From a virus, in IMG/VR virus record IMGVR_UViG_3300030090_005798, positions 1-64,000 of that record: a stretch of 64,000 nt of DNA. The stretch is one strand, 5' to 3'. Shown in pieces: positions 16,418-26,873 of the stretch. Position 1 is the stretch's first letter; every line of letters starts with the position of its first letter. The position numbers and the translations under genes were made by a program. Below the pieces are notes generated by a model. The model was not told where the DNA came from, did no database searches, and saw only the letters and a list, made by a program, of their open reading frames with translations.

Positions 16418-18756
16418 GCTTTATGATCAACCTTACTGACGTTTTTTTCAATAAAAAGTTTGATATTCTTTTCTCCTTTTAAAACACTATCAGAAACAAA
16501 GGGGGTTATCTCTGATAATATCTTTTTAGATAAGGCTTCTACTTTTATTTTTTCCTTAAGAATACTTTTAATTGTTTGATTAATATATTTAAAATCGAAA
16601 GTTAAATCAATATCATTGTCCTTTAACCTATTTTTTAATCTTTTTAATTTCATCCATAAAAGTCTCCTCAAGCCCTTCTCGTCAATCTCTTTAAGTGGAA
16701 AGCACTCGTCAACAAGTGAGAGTATGTCTGGGTGAATCATTAGGTTATCTCTGTCCGAAACTGCTCCCTGAAATCCCATAGCAGACTGGCTATTAGATAT
16801 ATCGCTTGTCAGGAATATTTTACAGTTTGTGAAATCTGCCATATCTCCGTTGCTCATCTGAAACTTACCATGCTTAAATATTTGATTGAAAAGCGGAATT
16901 GCAGAATTATCAACTTTGTGGAAATCATCTATGATGATCACGCTATTTGGAGATATTAGAACTTTTTCGCATATAGATGTATTGTTGCCCTGAGATGTCG
17001 CTATCTTATGTGGAGCAAAGGTATCTGCAAAGTGAACACCACTATAGGAGAGAACACTGACTCCATGTTTTTGCAAAGTATCTTTAAACAAGTCTAAAAA
17101 GTAAGATTTACCACTGAATCTTGAGCCACTTATAACATAGCACTCTGGAGCAGAGAAATTGTCAGTCTTTTTTATACCCAAGCTAGATAAAATAATTTTA
17201 TCTTTTAGTTTCTGCAAAAGCTCATCTTGACCTACAAGGGATTTGCTGACACAAGAAAAAACTTTCTCGACCATCTCTTGATCGTTTAAAGGGTTTGTCT
17301 TCTTTTTAAAGAAGTCTTTTAAATGGCATAGTTTTACCTCTGGAATTAAATCTGAAACACCTTCTGTCCATTTTTCTAGGCTTTCGTTTAATTTTTCTAA
17401 AAGTTTTGTGTGGTCTTTTTCAGGGTCTAGAGCCGCAGCCATTGTCTCTTCTTGCTGGCTTTTTATTGATGGCGTAACGTGCCAGAAATTTACTTTAGCC
17501 TGTGCTCCGCAGTGATCAATGATATCAATAGCTTTATCTGGGTAGAATTTATTAGGGATGTATTTTTCGCAGTAATCAATTATGTTTTCTAGAAACTCAT
17601 CAGTATATGTAATGGTATGAAAGTTTTCATAATAAGAAATTATTGTGGGTAAAATTTCTTCCATCTGAAATCTAGATGGCTCTCTAATTATAACGCGCTC
17701 AAACCTGCGATCTAAGGCGGTGTCTTTTTTAATTGTGTTTGTATATTCGTTAATCGTTGTGGCTCCTATACAACTTATTGTTCCTCTGGCAAGCTCTGGC
17801 TTAAGAATGTTAGAGGCTTCTAGAGAGTTGTTTGTTGCCCCTCCTGCACCAATTAAAGTATGAACCTCATCAATAAACAAAATTAAGTTACTATATTTTT
17901 TTGCTTCATTAACAAAGTCTTCTAGTCTTTTCTCAAACTGACCTCTGTATTCTGTCCCAGCAACCATGCTAGATAAACTCACAGAATAAATCACCTTGTT
18001 AGCTATAAGCTCAGGTGCGTCTCCAGCAACAATTTTACAAGCTAAACCCTCCACCAAGGAAGTTTTACCTGTTCCTGCTGGTCCAACAAGAAGCGCGTTA
18101 GGTTTTTTCTTTCTGCAAAGAATTGTAGCTACTTCATCAATTTTACCGTCGAAATCAACTATCTTGTCGAACTCGTTGTTTAACGCTTTTAAATTTAAGT
18201 TTTCTGCAAACTGAGAGAGTATCTCATTCTTGTCGAACATGTCGATCCAGTCTTCAGGGGTATCCACTCTCATTGAAGTAGTTACTCGATCTGGGTCAAA
18301 GTCTTTAACGACTAAAGAGCACTCTGTAACAAATCCTAGAAATACTTCATCCGAAGATTGATCTCCTTTTGGGAAAAGGTTTTTTACAACTTTAGGGGAA
18401 TGCTCATCATCAAAGAAAACCATTAAGATCACCTCTGGGGGTATGTAATCTAGGTTAAAGTTTTCTATAGAAAATTTCTCAGCCTCTTTTAAAAGTTTTC
18501 TAACATCTGTTTTTAGAATCTTTTTTGCGTATTTGTTCTTACGCTTTTTACTTAAAACAGTCCTAGACTCTTTTAATAAGTCCTTGGGGTCTACATTTAC
18601 TTTTTTAAATATAGATGAGCAAGACTGACTTAAGTCACTTAAAAAGCAGTGAAAAAATAGATCTACATCTGCCCCGTTTCTGTATAGAATATTAGAGAGT
18701 TCTTTTGTTTTTTCTATGACTCCCTCAATATGCGGTGTTAAAGGTAATTTAGGCAC
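16414..18756 (-). CDS. ClpA/ClpC-family AAA+ ATPase
   Basis: Clp N-domain-like start, GPAGTGKT, GTEYRGQFEKRL, LFIDEVH, DTALDRRF, PDKAIDIID; diverged second NBD. Confidence 0.9.
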   Translation of the reverse strand: MPKLPLTPHIEGVIEKTKELSNILYRNGADVDLFFHCFLSDLSQSCSSIFKKVNVDPKDLLKESRTVLSKKRKNKYAKKILKTDVRKLLKEAEKFSIENFNLDYIPPEVILMVFFDDEHSPKVVKNLFPKGDQSSDEVFLGFVTECSLVVKDFDPDRVTTSMRVDTPEDWIDMFDKNEILSQFAENLNLKALNNEFDKIVDFDGKIDEVATILCRKKKPNALLVGPAGTGKTSLVEGLACKIVAGDAPELIANKVIYSVSLSSMVAGTEYRGQFEKRLEDFVNEAKKYSNLILFIDEVHTLIGAGGATNNSLEASNILKPELARGTISCIGATTINEYTNTIKKDTALDRRFERVIIREPSRFQMEEILPTIISYYENFHTITYTDEFLENIIDYCEKYIPNKFYPDKAIDIIDHCGAQAKVNFWHVTPSIKSQQEETMAAALDPEKDHTKLLEKLNESLEKWTEGVSDLIPEVKLCHLKDFFKKKTNPLNDQEMVEKVFSCVSKSLVGQDELLQKLKDKIILSSLGIKKTDNFSAPECYVISGSRFSGKSYFLDLFKDTLQKHGVSVLSYSGVHFADTFAPHKIATSQGNNTSICEKVLISPNSVIIIDDFHKVDNSAIPLFNQIFKHGKFQMSNGDMADFTNCKIFLTSDISNSQSAMGFQGAVSDRDNLMIHPDILSLVDECFPLKEIDEKGLRRLLWMKLKRLKNRLKDNDIDLTFDFKYINQTIKSILKEKIKVEALSKKILSEITPFVSDSVLKGEKNIKLFIEKNVSKVDHKA

Positions 18757-21310
18757 CCTTCACCTCCCTTAACTTCATGTATATATCTGTCTCCACTGGA
18801 TTTATGTGATCTACAAAAAATGTATCTCTGCTCTTTGATCCATTTAAAACTATAACTTTGTTTTTTGTTAACTTGTATCCGCTTCTTAAGAAGTCAGATA
18901 ATCTCTCTTCTCTAGCGTTGTCCATGAAAAGAAAGTTTTTAGTTGCTGTATTATCACAGATTGAAATCATCATGTATTTGTTACCATTCTGAGATGTCCT
19001 AGTAAAGAAATCTTTTACCTCGCCTACAACTTGGAAGTTTTGTCTGTCTACAAGATCCTCTACTTGCCTCAAGTCGATCAAAGACGAAAATCTATCCTGA
19101 AAGCATTCACGTAGGTTGTGTGAATAACTATAGCCAAGCAAAGAGCTTTCATATCTCCACTTAGCAAACATTTCATGCTTCCTGTTTTGACTATAGATTT
19201 TTTTATACTGATCAAATTTAGTTTTAAATGTTTTAAATCTCTTTTCAGACATGATTGGTCTATTGTCATCTCCAAGAGTTTGTTTCTCTATAACTTCTGA
19301 TATTGCCTTAAGTATGTCGAAGCCAAATCTCTCTCCAATCTTTACAAAGTTTCTCTTTTCTCTATCTGTTAGCAGGTTAAAGGCTTGAGCTTCTAGGACC
19401 ATGCGAGTTCTATTCGTTCTCGCATGATCCATAGTTCCAGCTTGTATAAGAGCCGCAAGCACAGATATGTTGATACCGCACTGTTTAGCTGCCAGAAAAA
19501 CCTCATACTTATTGTTAAATTCTATGCCTCTAAAGTCTATTAGGCTCTGTATTGATTTTAGAGAGATTCCTTTAATGCTATTCAATCCGTAGCGAATATT
19601 GTTGTTTTCAATTGTAAAATCAAAATCAGACTTATATAGGCAAGGAGGTAACATTTCCATGCCGAAATCTGGCAACTCTTCGTTTACCCCAGAAATTGTT
19701 TGTAAAGGTTCTGGATCAAACTCAGCGCACTCAAGAATAGAAAGAAAGAATTCTTGAGGATATTTGTGCTTTAAGTAAACTGTTTTAGCCGCGAGGTCGG
19801 CGTAGGCGAAACTGTGTGACTTATTGAAAGAGTAATGTGAGGCGGCGACTAATGAATTCCAGTAGAAGTCTGCTATCTCTTCACTAAGACCTCTAGATTC
19901 AGCAGCATTGTAAATTGTATCTTTCCACTTAGGCATTTCATCTACTTTTTTCTTGCCTACAATCCTTCTTAACACCTCTGCCTCTTCAAGCGTTAAGCCG
20001 AAAACTTTGTGAGCAATTTGCATTAGTTGCTCTTGATATAGGATCACATTTTTAGACCAAGACAATATCGAGTCTAACTCTGGATTTAAGTTTAACTCAG
20101 ATGGAAATTCTTTTTGTGTTTTATAAACAGAAACAAATTCAAGTGCTGCGGGGCGAGCTAAAGCAACAACATCAGAAAGCTCATTTATATCTTTTGGTTT
20201 TATCTCTCTGCAAACTTTAAAGTTTGTCTCAGCGGAGATCTGAAACAAGCCCATAGGATGTTTGAAATCTTGCAATATCTCATAGATCATCTCGTTATTG
20301 GCATCTATGTCCTCTATGTTTATGCCAACTTTTTCACAAGTTTTGTGAGCGATTGTTAGGGTTCTTAAACCAAGGATGTCGAACTTGACCATGAGGTCTG
20401 CAACGTCATTCATGTCATAACCTGTAACTAAATCTCCATCTTTTGTTTTTTGCAGTGGGACAATATTCTCAATGCTTTCTGAGCAAATCGCGATCCCTGA
20501 TGGGTGAACTCCAGTATTCTTCGGTAAGTTTTCTATTTTTAATGCATTTTTAAATGTCTTCTTGTGATTTTTAACCCACTTTTTGAATTTATCTGCCTCT
20601 TCTCTAGCTTGGCTCAAAGGGAAAACAACCCCATGTAATTTCGGGATCATATCGGAGACTTGGTTAGCCTCATCTTCCTTAGCCTCATCAAAGTATTTTG
20701 TTGCCTCTCTAATGCAAAGTTTTGAACTAAAGGTATTGAATGTTAGAATCTTAGCAGTTCTACCTTCATGCTTTCTCTCGATATATTGTATGACCTTATA
20801 TCGCTGATCATAAGATATATCTGAATCAACATCTGGCAACAAACTGCCGACAAGAAACTCTTTACCTCTTTTGTCGGTGACTTTTTTGGCTCTTGATTTA
20901 GACACAAATCTCTCAAAGAATAAATCGTGAGGGATTGGGTCAATATTAGTTACTCCGAGCAAATATAAAACAAGAGAGCCAGCAGCAGAGCCACGGCCAG
21001 CACCAGTTGGAATATTATTGTCATGACAAAAATTTAAAACGTCCCAGTTGAGTAAGATGTAATCTGTGAACCCAAGTTCTTCAAATGTCTCAAGCTCTTG
21101 CTTTGCTCTTTTATAATAGACCTCTTTATTTTCATATTTTGTAATGCCTTTATCTCTCAATCCCTTTCTAGCAAGCTCATACAAAATATCTTTAGTGGAG
21201 CTATCAGGCCCAAGCCCAATTTCCTCTAATTTATTTATGTCAACGATTGTTTTAGGGAGATCTACTCCCGCAGGTTCACAATCGTCGTATGGTGTAAAAT
21301 CTTCAAACAT
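18749..21310 (-). CDS. dnaE: DNA polymerase III alpha catalytic part (no PHP domain)
   Basis: GAGRGSAAGSLV, FERF, PDVDSD, HPSG, KFDILGL, LYQEQLM, FNKSHS, C-terminal OB-like region. Confidence 0.95.
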   Translation of the reverse strand: MFEDFTPYDDCEPAGVDLPKTIVDINKLEEIGLGPDSSTKDILYELARKGLRDKGITKYENKEVYYKRAKQELETFEELGFTDYILLNWDVLNFCHDNNIPTGAGRGSAAGSLVLYLLGVTNIDPIPHDLFFERFVSKSRAKKVTDKRGKEFLVGSLLPDVDSDISYDQRYKVIQYIERKHEGRTAKILTFNTFSSKLCIREATKYFDEAKEDEANQVSDMIPKLHGVVFPLSQAREEADKFKKWVKNHKKTFKNALKIENLPKNTGVHPSGIAICSESIENIVPLQKTKDGDLVTGYDMNDVADLMVKFDILGLRTLTIAHKTCEKVGINIEDIDANNEMIYEILQDFKHPMGLFQISAETNFKVCREIKPKDINELSDVVALARPAALEFVSVYKTQKEFPSELNLNPELDSILSWSKNVILYQEQLMQIAHKVFGLTLEEAEVLRRIVGKKKVDEMPKWKDTIYNAAESRGLSEEIADFYWNSLVAASHYSFNKSHSFAYADLAAKTVYLKHKYPQEFFLSILECAEFDPEPLQTISGVNEELPDFGMEMLPPCLYKSDFDFTIENNNIRYGLNSIKGISLKSIQSLIDFRGIEFNNKYEVFLAAKQCGINISVLAALIQAGTMDHARTNRTRMVLEAQAFNLLTDREKRNFVKIGERFGFDILKAISEVIEKQTLGDDNRPIMSEKRFKTFKTKFDQYKKIYSQNRKHEMFAKWRYESSLLGYSYSHNLRECFQDRFSSLIDLRQVEDLVDRQNFQVVGEVKDFFTRTSQNGNKYMMISICDNTATKNFLFMDNAREERLSDFLRSGYKLTKNKVIVLNGSKSRDTFFVDHINPVETDIYMKLREVKGA

Positions 21311-21924
21311 TACAAGTCCATGTGTTTCTTAAGTTTTAAGAAAACTTTATAGCACATCTTGATGTCGTATAATGCATCGTGGAGTTTTTCTTCCTCAAAA
21401 TCTATATCAAAAAACTTTAATAGCTGATTTTGTGACACCTTTGCCTTTAGGGTTCTGTCGTTTATTATTTTATACTGCCAGCTTAACAAATCACCTCTGG
21501 GTTTATCTAGCTCTTCCCTATATGCCTTTGCTAAAGCTCTTGTATCATATATTCTTGGCAAATAAGAGTAATCTGGCTCTTGTCCAAGCATCCTTTGTAA
21601 ATGAGATACCATGTAAACATCAAACCCAAGTAGGTTTTGCCCCACTACAATATATTTTGGGTCAAATAAATATTTCTCAAACTTTGACCAAACAGAAATA
21701 AGAGATTCCGCTTTAGAGTTATATTTATCCCAATCAAAGCCCGTTAGCTTTCTAACAACCTCTGGTATATTTAACTCTTTATGTTTTATAAACTTATCGT
21801 GTGTTTCTAACACTTTGTTTCCTTGACAAATTATCCAAGATAACTGCCAAGTTTTAGAAGAGTGTAAATTTAAACCCTCCGTCTCTGTATCGAATACTAA
21901 ATATTTTTGATTACTTGGCAACAT
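21310..21924 (-). CDS. DEDDh 3'-5' exonuclease (DnaQ-like)
   Basis: FDTETEG, GQNLLGFD, HDALYD. Confidence 0.9.
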   Translation of the reverse strand: MLPSNQKYLVFDTETEGLNLHSSKTWQLSWIICQGNKVLETHDKFIKHKELNIPEVVRKLTGFDWDKYNSKAESLISVWSKFEKYLFDPKYIVVGQNLLGFDVYMVSHLQRMLGQEPDYSYLPRIYDTRALAKAYREELDKPRGDLLSWQYKIINDRTLKAKVSQNQLLKFFDIDFEEEKLHDALYDIKMCYKVFLKLKKHMDL

Positions 21925-22609
21925 TTTCTAAAAAAGATTCATAGCTAAACTCATCAGAACAGAAATCGTTTAGTCTTGGGTTACTGTATGTTGGAACTCT
22001 GCCCTGTTTCCTGTTGCATATGGCTTTATACATTTGGAAAGCTTCAAAATCCTCTTTATTTCTATAATAGATGCTTTTTGCTTTTTCTGTTTTTACATTC
22101 AGCTTTTTGAGAGCGTTACTGATTTGGAAATCAAAAGGATGATTATTAGATTCCTCTATGTAAAAGTGATCATACTTGTCTAGCCAAAGATCACACATGC
22201 CAAAATGAAAAATATTGTTGAATACATAAGAGTCATAAAACGGCACTCCAATACTGATGTCATCAAGCTCTCCCTCGCCCAGATCTGACATGTTTAAATA
22301 TTCTCCTACGCTTGTAAAGCATTTAGTATAAAGGTTTCTAGCAACAGCTACGCCTTTGTTGTTTTTAGGGAAGAAAATTAGTTTACTGGGCTTTTCGGTA
22401 ATACTTGAATGAACAACAGGCAACTTAACTCCATAGACCATAGGAACTTCTATGTGAAGAAATGCTTTATTTATTACCCTGAATCCGTAGAAATTATCTT
22501 CTACTAAAATCATCTTCTTAACATCACCGCTTTGTGCAATGTCTACTAAATCCTCAACCCTCAGAAGGGATCGTCCTATGCTGAAGGTGCTTTTAAATAA
22601 TGGTATCAC
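21911..22609 (-). CDS. Stand-alone degenerate PHP domain of DnaE
   Basis: LFKSTFSIGRSLLRVEDLV..ILVEDNFYG..YGVKL..LIFFPKNNKG..NL mirrors the DnaE N-terminus with the His ligands lost. Confidence 0.75.
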   Translation of the reverse strand: MIPLFKSTFSIGRSLLRVEDLVDIAQSGDVKKMILVEDNFYGFRVINKAFLHIEVPMVYGVKLPVVHSSITEKPSKLIFFPKNNKGVAVARNLYTKCFTSVGEYLNMSDLGEGELDDISIGVPFYDSYVFNNIFHFGMCDLWLDKYDHFYIEESNNHPFDFQISNALKKLNVKTEKAKSIYYRNKEDFEAFQMYKAICNRKQGRVPTYSNPRLNDFCSDEFSYESFLENVAK

Positions 22610-22618
22610 TCCTGTATG

Positions 22619-23659
22619 TTACAGAAGCTCCATTGGTTTGTCAAAGGAAAAAGCAGGGCATCCGTCATATTTAACTTTTTCTATCGTCAAATCTTTTGTC
22701 TTTTTTTCTTTGAGATCTTTTTTTAAGTCGGCAGATGCGACCCTCACTCCATCCTTGTCTACTAAAGTGTAAAACTCTCTAGGAAATTTAAATGGACAAT
22801 GCCACATGGGAGTCCCGTCTTTTTTGAGTTGGCCAGCATACTCTGCTCTACCACAAACAACTCTGCCAGCAAAGCCATCGTCTCTACCTAAATAGCCCTT
22901 ATCGTAAGCTAAATTTTTAGAGGCGGCAACTTCATTAAAATTATTAATAATTTGTTGAACTTCTGTCAAAAAATATTCAAAGCCTTCTAACTCGTCTTCG
23001 TCTAATGGCTCCATTTCACAACACCCATCGTTATTGCAATCAAACTTAACAAACAAAAACTCCATCTTTCTTTTTAAGAACTCTGGATATAAGTGTTTTA
23101 CCGCCAAACAATACATTAAATTCTGCATGTTGTCGGTATACTCCTTTCCAGAAAAAATTTGTTTTGATGTTTTAAAATCTCTAATAAGGGCAGTCTTCTT
23201 TCTCTTAAATAAAAAAAGCTTATCAATAAAGCCTAGTATGCGGTAGTTTTTACCCTGTTCGTTTACAGATATATCAAAATCCTTTTCACTGATAGAGTTG
23301 GTTGGCTTCCCGTCCTTGTCCCCAAAAAAATCGTAATTAAGACCCTCTACTGTCATTTGGTTTATCAGGTCCATATTCTCAAAATCATCTATATTATGTT
23401 TTTTAGCATATGCTTCTATCATCCTTTTGACTGGAGGTGAGGCAAAGGCGTTTTGAGTTTTAATTATGCGGGTATAATGTTTTTTATGCTTAGGATTTCC
23501 CAAATTTTCAAAAACAGCGTGACATATCGTTCCACGTAAACTCCCCTCGTTAGCTTTATCTGGGAGCTTTAAGTGGTATTTGCACCAATACTGCCAAGAA
23601 CACATTTGTAGCGTCTTTATGCGTGATGCAGATAGAGGCTTGTTCTCAGAAGTCGTCAT
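22619..23659 (-). CDS. PD-(D/E)xK exonuclease (RecB/AddB/Cas4-like)
   Basis: LSASRIK..C, GTICHAVFE, GFIDKL, IRDFKTSK, WHCPF. Confidence 0.85.
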   Translation of the reverse strand: MTTSENKPLSASRIKTLQMCSWQYWCKYHLKLPDKANEGSLRGTICHAVFENLGNPKHKKHYTRIIKTQNAFASPPVKRMIEAYAKKHNIDDFENMDLINQMTVEGLNYDFFGDKDGKPTNSISEKDFDISVNEQGKNYRILGFIDKLFLFKRKKTALIRDFKTSKQIFSGKEYTDNMQNLMYCLAVKHLYPEFLKRKMEFLFVKFDCNNDGCCEMEPLDEDELEGFEYFLTEVQQIINNFNEVAASKNLAYDKGYLGRDDGFAGRVVCGRAEYAGQLKKDGTPMWHCPFKFPREFYTLVDKDGVRVASADLKKDLKEKKTKDLTIEKVKYDGCPAFSFDKPMELL

Positions 23660-24692
23660 AATGAAATGAGTTTTTCTTTACAAGCTTTGCAAAAGAAGAA
23701 GAAAAACTTTTATTTACACCTCGTTGATTCATATCTTTAGCAATCTTTATCACTTTAGACATGGATTCTTGATGTTGTATATTATAGCAATCTGAAGCGT
23801 ATTTTTCTATTTGATCTTTAGACATTTCCCCAAAGTCATTCTCTTCAGGAGGAATAAAGTATATTTTGTCAAAATCAATCGACTCAACCAATTTAAAAAT
23901 AGATTTAATTGCTCCTTCAAACCCTCTGTTGACGGAAGATGTGTGATCGTTATTGAAAGATACAAAAACTTTTTTTATAGGCAATAAAGATAACCTTGCT
24001 ATAAATTTTGGAGAAATGTTCAAGCCAAAAGAAACAAGAACATTTTTTATGCCATTGTTATATAAAGACAAACAGTCTCCTACAGATTCCACAATGTGAA
24101 CTGCTTCTTTTTCTTCTATAGCTTTTTGGACTTTAGTAATATTGTAATATGGGAAAAACCAACCTGATGACTTCCCCATATGTAACCACTTTGGTCTATC
24201 ATCGTTAGTAACCTTTCTGCCAGAAAATCCATGTATCCTGCCGTCTTTTCTGAAAATTGGAAATATTACCCTTTGATACATTTTGCCAGACATGGCTAAT
24301 CCACACTTAAAGTCCTCAAGGGTTTCTTTACTAATGTCTTTTTCTAGGTAAAAATCATGATGAGGTAAAAGCTTTGTCAGAACTTTAGGAGAGTATGTCT
24401 TCTCTTCTTTCAATAGGTGTTTTTGTTTTATTCTTGCTCCTATATTTACACCGTTATCCTTTAAATAATGCTTTACTGCATTAGGGTCTTTTGTGTTTAG
24501 AGTTTTTTGGAGTAGAGCCTCGAAAGGCATAAACTGAGAGTCCTCTACATAGTCTTTCCAGACTCCAGTATCTTTATAAATTTGAAGGGCTGTTGAGTTG
24601 TCGCCAGATCTATATACTGCATTTGTTCTCCAGTATGATCCGTGATCCTTGAGGCGATACCCAAGGTTTTCTAGAACCTCTTTGTAATTCAT
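23646..24692 (-). CDS. dnaG: DnaG-like primase (TOPRIM)
   Basis: RVIFPI..GRIHGFSGR, PKW, IVESVGD, FNND; adjacent to DnaB. Confidence 0.85.
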   Translation of the reverse strand: MNYKEVLENLGYRLKDHGSYWRTNAVYRSGDNSTALQIYKDTGVWKDYVEDSQFMPFEALLQKTLNTKDPNAVKHYLKDNGVNIGARIKQKHLLKEEKTYSPKVLTKLLPHHDFYLEKDISKETLEDFKCGLAMSGKMYQRVIFPIFRKDGRIHGFSGRKVTNDDRPKWLHMGKSSGWFFPYYNITKVQKAIEEKEAVHIVESVGDCLSLYNNGIKNVLVSFGLNISPKFIARLSLLPIKKVFVSFNNDHTSSVNRGFEGAIKSIFKLVESIDFDKIYFIPPEENDFGEMSKDQIEKYASDCYNIQHQESMSKVIKIAKDMNQRGVNKSFSSSFAKLVKKNSFHYDDF

Positions 24693-26230
24693 TACGCTCT
24701 AAGATTGATTGGTATCTCTTCTGTCTCATTTGTATTAACCTCAACCCCTCCTCCATTAAAGGCATTTACAACATCTTGCAAATCTCCGCACTCAGTAATC
24801 CTAAAATTTTCTATATTTAAATTAATAAAATTTTGCTTCTTGCTGCCATCTGGCATTTCTACTGGATGGATTGCTCTAAGAGCATCTTTGCCAAGATGTC
24901 TGCATTTTAGGTTGATTAGCTTGTGAGTGCCAAAGTTTACTCCCTCTTCATGAATCTCATCTGCCACCTTTCTTCTAAGCAGGAAAAGATGAGAACAAAA
25001 TTGAGTAATTCCATCAGACAGCGATACAACGCTTTCATCATCAACTATTCCACCTGCTCCTCTATTGTTGGTGATGCCCAACCTGTTAGACTGAACTGAG
25101 GTAAGCATTGAGACGCACGGTTTACCATCAAAAGATAAGTCCCTTTGGATAGTCTGTTTGAATTTGTGAACCATATACGAGACCTGTTGCCAACCGTCAA
25201 CTTTGCCAATGCTACCAAAGTCACTCTTGATATAGTCAAAGCTAAAAATCAGAGGGTTTCCTCTTCCTATCTTGGAAAAATAAAATCTTTTAAGAAGAGA
25301 GCACATTTCATCTGGAGACAAACCTGCTACATTCTCGTAATAGAACTCCATGTTTTTAATTTTACTCCAAGCTGCTCTAACCTTTGCTACAACCTGCTCT
25401 GGCGATAAATCCTTATATCCTGTTGTTCTCCATTTACCTGTTTGCAACAACCACACAGGAATTCCTGTCATCGCTGAACACTGTCTAAAGATAAGTTCCT
25501 CTTCACTCATCTCTCCGTTATCAAAGTGAAGCACGGGGACATCATGCTCGGCAGAAACTCTAGTCGTGTAATCCATGCAGAAGTTAGTTTTACCTACTCC
25601 TGATCTAGCCACAATGACTGATATGTTACCTGCAAGGAGCAAAGACCCATACATTTCATTAATTCTTTGATGGGGACCAAGCATTCCAAAGTCCTCTACA
25701 GGGTTGTTCCCCCTGTCTTCCACAAGCTCCTCCATCATATCAAACAGATTGACAGGACCAGCTTCTGTCATCTCAAAATCTTTTATATTTTTATTATAGA
25801 TTTGATCAGACTGTTCAATAAGCTCGCCATACTTCAGGTTTGGGTCTGCATTCTTAACAAATGACGCGACCTTTTTGCAGCTTGTATAAATTTCCCTACG
25901 GGCTGTATATTTTTTAAGCTCTTTAACAGAACTCAAGAAAATGTTTTCTGTGATTTTGTAAAAAGCTAATGAGAACACATATTCAGCAATGTCCACGCTG
26001 TCAGGAAAGGAGACTTTTAATTGTTGTATCCTTTGAACAAGTATTGTCTCATCGATATTTTCTGCATTGTCTAATGCATTTTTTAATAATTTAAATATTG
26101 ATACGTTTACCTTGGAATCCTCTGAGTAAAAGTCACTCTCATTTATAAAGCTAGATATCTCCTCCCACTTGTGCTGATGTTGTAGGATGCCGCTTAAGAC
26201 TTTCTTCTCTAAATCAAAGGAGTAGATCAT
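24692..26230 (-). CDS. dnaB: Replicative helicase
   Basis: ARSGVGKT Walker A, GEMSEEE, FDYIK, QSNR. Confidence 0.9.
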   Translation of the reverse strand: MIYSFDLEKKVLSGILQHQHKWEEISSFINESDFYSEDSKVNVSIFKLLKNALDNAENIDETILVQRIQQLKVSFPDSVDIAEYVFSLAFYKITENIFLSSVKELKKYTARREIYTSCKKVASFVKNADPNLKYGELIEQSDQIYNKNIKDFEMTEAGPVNLFDMMEELVEDRGNNPVEDFGMLGPHQRINEMYGSLLLAGNISVIVARSGVGKTNFCMDYTTRVSAEHDVPVLHFDNGEMSEEELIFRQCSAMTGIPVWLLQTGKWRTTGYKDLSPEQVVAKVRAAWSKIKNMEFYYENVAGLSPDEMCSLLKRFYFSKIGRGNPLIFSFDYIKSDFGSIGKVDGWQQVSYMVHKFKQTIQRDLSFDGKPCVSMLTSVQSNRLGITNNRGAGGIVDDESVVSLSDGITQFCSHLFLLRRKVADEIHEEGVNFGTHKLINLKCRHLGKDALRAIHPVEMPDGSKKQNFINLNIENFRITECGDLQDVVNAFNGGGVEVNTNETEEIPINLRA

Positions 26231-26460
26231 ATGGTGATATCGTCATCTTTTTTAGCCATTGCCATCTCTATTAATTTGCCAAGAGCCATGTCAACGCAAG
26301 GGTTTTCTGTTTTACTTGTCATACTGGGGCAACCCTCTTTGTTAACATAAAGTAAAATAAACCCTCTATTACCTCCATTTACAGAGCCTGTAGAGTCGTA
26401 AACCTTATCTAGTAGTGATTGAGGAATACCTCCAGTGCTCTCTTCTTCGTCTAATTTCAT
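26227..26460 (-). CDS. Hypothetical protein
   Basis: 77 aa, coupled by ATGA overlaps. Confidence 0.65.
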   Translation of the reverse strand: MKLDEEESTGGIPQSLLDKVYDSTGSVNGGNRGFILLYVNKEGCPSMTSKTENPCVDMALGKLIEMAMAKKDDDITI

Positions 26461-26873
26461 TTTAAAAGTTTTATTAAGTTTTTAGGATATTTCTTTGAGT
26501 CTAGAACATCAGACTCTAATACCCTAATAAGTTTTATATTATTAATATCACAAAAGTATTCTTTCTTCTCATCCCTCTGTAGTTGTTGGAGAAACTTCTG
26601 GCGAGAATTAGAATGAAAAAACTGATTATACCTATAATGCTGGTTGCCATCCACCTCAATAGCTATCTTCTGAGTTGCGTTGTAAAGATCTAGGGTCATT
26701 CTCGTCCCAGCAACAGGGAACTCTTCAAAAACTACATCTGCGAACCAATAAGGCTTAACTTGGTTTTTTACGTCTTTTTGAATCCCACTTTTACAATCAG
26801 AGTCCCAGTCAATCAAATATTTGCTGACGTTTTTTATCTTTTTCTCTCGACCATTGGAACACAAAAATATCAT
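26457..26873 (-). CDS. DUF559/Vsr-like endonuclease
   Basis: EEFPV..LDLY..IAIEVDGNQH..RDEKK. Confidence 0.8.
   Translation of the reverse strand: MIFLCSNGREKKIKNVSKYLIDWDSDCKSGIQKDVKNQVKPYWFADVVFEEFPVAGTRMTLDLYNATQKIAIEVDGNQHYRYNQFFHSNSRQKFLQQLQRDEKKEYFCDINNIKLIRVLESDVLDSKKYPKNLIKLLK

Noticed and set aside
22619-23659. Cas4-like nuclease as a sign of CRISPR-Cas
   Set aside because: No repeat-spacer array or other cas genes; it sits in the replication operon like ordinary phage exonucleases.
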